Assembly: GCA_965178125.1 (NCBI GenBank)
Contig: OZ237748.1
Span: forward strand, 248,001 to 312,000
Source of the DNA: Bilabrum cf. latius
Lineage: Eukaryota
Direction of reading: 5' to 3'
DNA: 64,000 bases
This document shows, piece after piece, positions 63,168-64,000 of the stretch. Each line of letters opens with the position of its first letter. Position 1 is the first letter of the stretch. The notes beneath the pieces were generated by a model. The model was not told the DNA's origin and did not search any database. It was given only the letters and a program-made list of their open reading frames with translations. A program made the position numbers and the translations under genes.

Positions 63168-64000
63168 ATGTCTGATATGGATAATGTACCTGTAGCAGCA
63201 CAAAGCAAAGTCGTAGATGACGTCTCAGAACTACCAGTAACTCAAATAGCTGACGAAAAACTTAACTTTGTAGGTGATAGTCAAGCTATTACTTTAGGAA
63301 CTACCCTTGGATACTCTTCCAAGTTCCAAAACCACTATGAACCAGATGGTGGTAACTCTAGCGCAACTAATGCATTTAGAAGTAATTACACTTTCGTCGT
63401 GCCATCAAATCAAGGAATGACTGACAGTAATCCCCGTCTAAGAGTTTCATTCGACTTATACGTTTATGATAGTAAGAACAATGGAGCAGTAGCTCAAACT
63501 GATATCGTCAATAAGGTAGCCCCTTCTACATTTATGGTAAATTCAATGATCACAAGTTCCACAGTTAAAATGGGAGACTTATCTCGTAGTTCATCACCTT
63601 ATCAATTAGTCAATTTAATAGCTAGAAGTCTTGACCGTGCCACTCTAGCACAAATAAGTCCTGTCTTTTAGGCTGATAACACTTGGGAATTTAATACTGC
63701 CGCAAATGGTCTTGCTAAGTCTGTCCTTCAATGGGGTGTAAATGATGATAGTATTATGGAAGCTCGCGGTCCTGGTAAGAATTATCGCGCAACACTTGAA
63801 AAAGTGGATGCTAATACTCCAATACCTAATAACAATGTAACTCCAACTCAAGACTATATCAAATTACATATTGAAATCTCTGAAGCACTTCTTGCACGTC
63901 CTTTCCAATATATGATGGGTGGTAATGCTAGACCTTTTGTTGATCATCCACAATTAAATGTTAATTTACAAATGAGAAATAACTTAATTGATAAGATGTT
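63168..64000 (+). CDS. Major capsid protein, N-terminal part (truncated by the window)
   Basis: Follows penton; similar to the V1 MCP start (TLGTTLG versus SLGTELG); frame open to the window end. Confidence 0.75.

Larger units (their letters stand above)
48267..64000. mobile_element. Endogenous virophage V2 (left end missing, runs past the window)
   Basis: Second set of integrase, ATPase, protease, penton and MCP, divergent from V1, with its own repeat family. Confidence 0.88.

Noticed and set aside
4191-64000. Mass pseudogenisation by nonsense mutation
   Set aside because: Breaks are TAG only, align with Gln, and frames are otherwise intact.
3700-64000. Bacterial prophage or recoded phage contamination
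   Set aside because: Virophage hallmark genes, eukaryotic retroelements, and a contiguous intron-containing host gene using the same code.

Overview
Eukaryotic (protist-like) genomic window whose genes all use a variant code in which TAG encodes Gln and TAA/TGA remain stops. The supplied ORF track is therefore fragmented; coordinates below are re-read by hand with TAG=Gln. Positions 1-3.6 kb hold a GC-rich host ankyrin-repeat gene with GT-AG introns. From about 3.7 kb lies an AT-rich endogenous mavirus-like virophage (V1, ~3.7-39.8 kb) with rve integrase, packaging ATPase, adenain-like protease, penton, ~620-aa major capsid protein, a short pPolB, GIY-YIG, AlkB-like oxygenase and DUF285. A second, divergent but largely syntenic virophage (V2) runs from ~48.3 kb past the window end. 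V1 and its junction with V2 carry seven GC-rich insertions of Ngaro-type (split-direct-repeat, tyrosine-recombinase) retrotransposons from four families: two full-length, two non-autonomous and three solo-repeat remnants. Highlights: host, virophages and retroelements share the UAG=Gln code; both full-length Ngaros fuse ORF1 to ORF2 through a UGA-CUAG stop followed by a conserved stem-loop; both virophages keep a nucleotidyltransferase-like gene and a membrane-anchored P-loop gene beside the morphogenesis module; both have dispersed intergenic palindromes; and the V1/V2 junction looks like recombination between two Ngaro copies. All assignments come from motif reading, not database searches.
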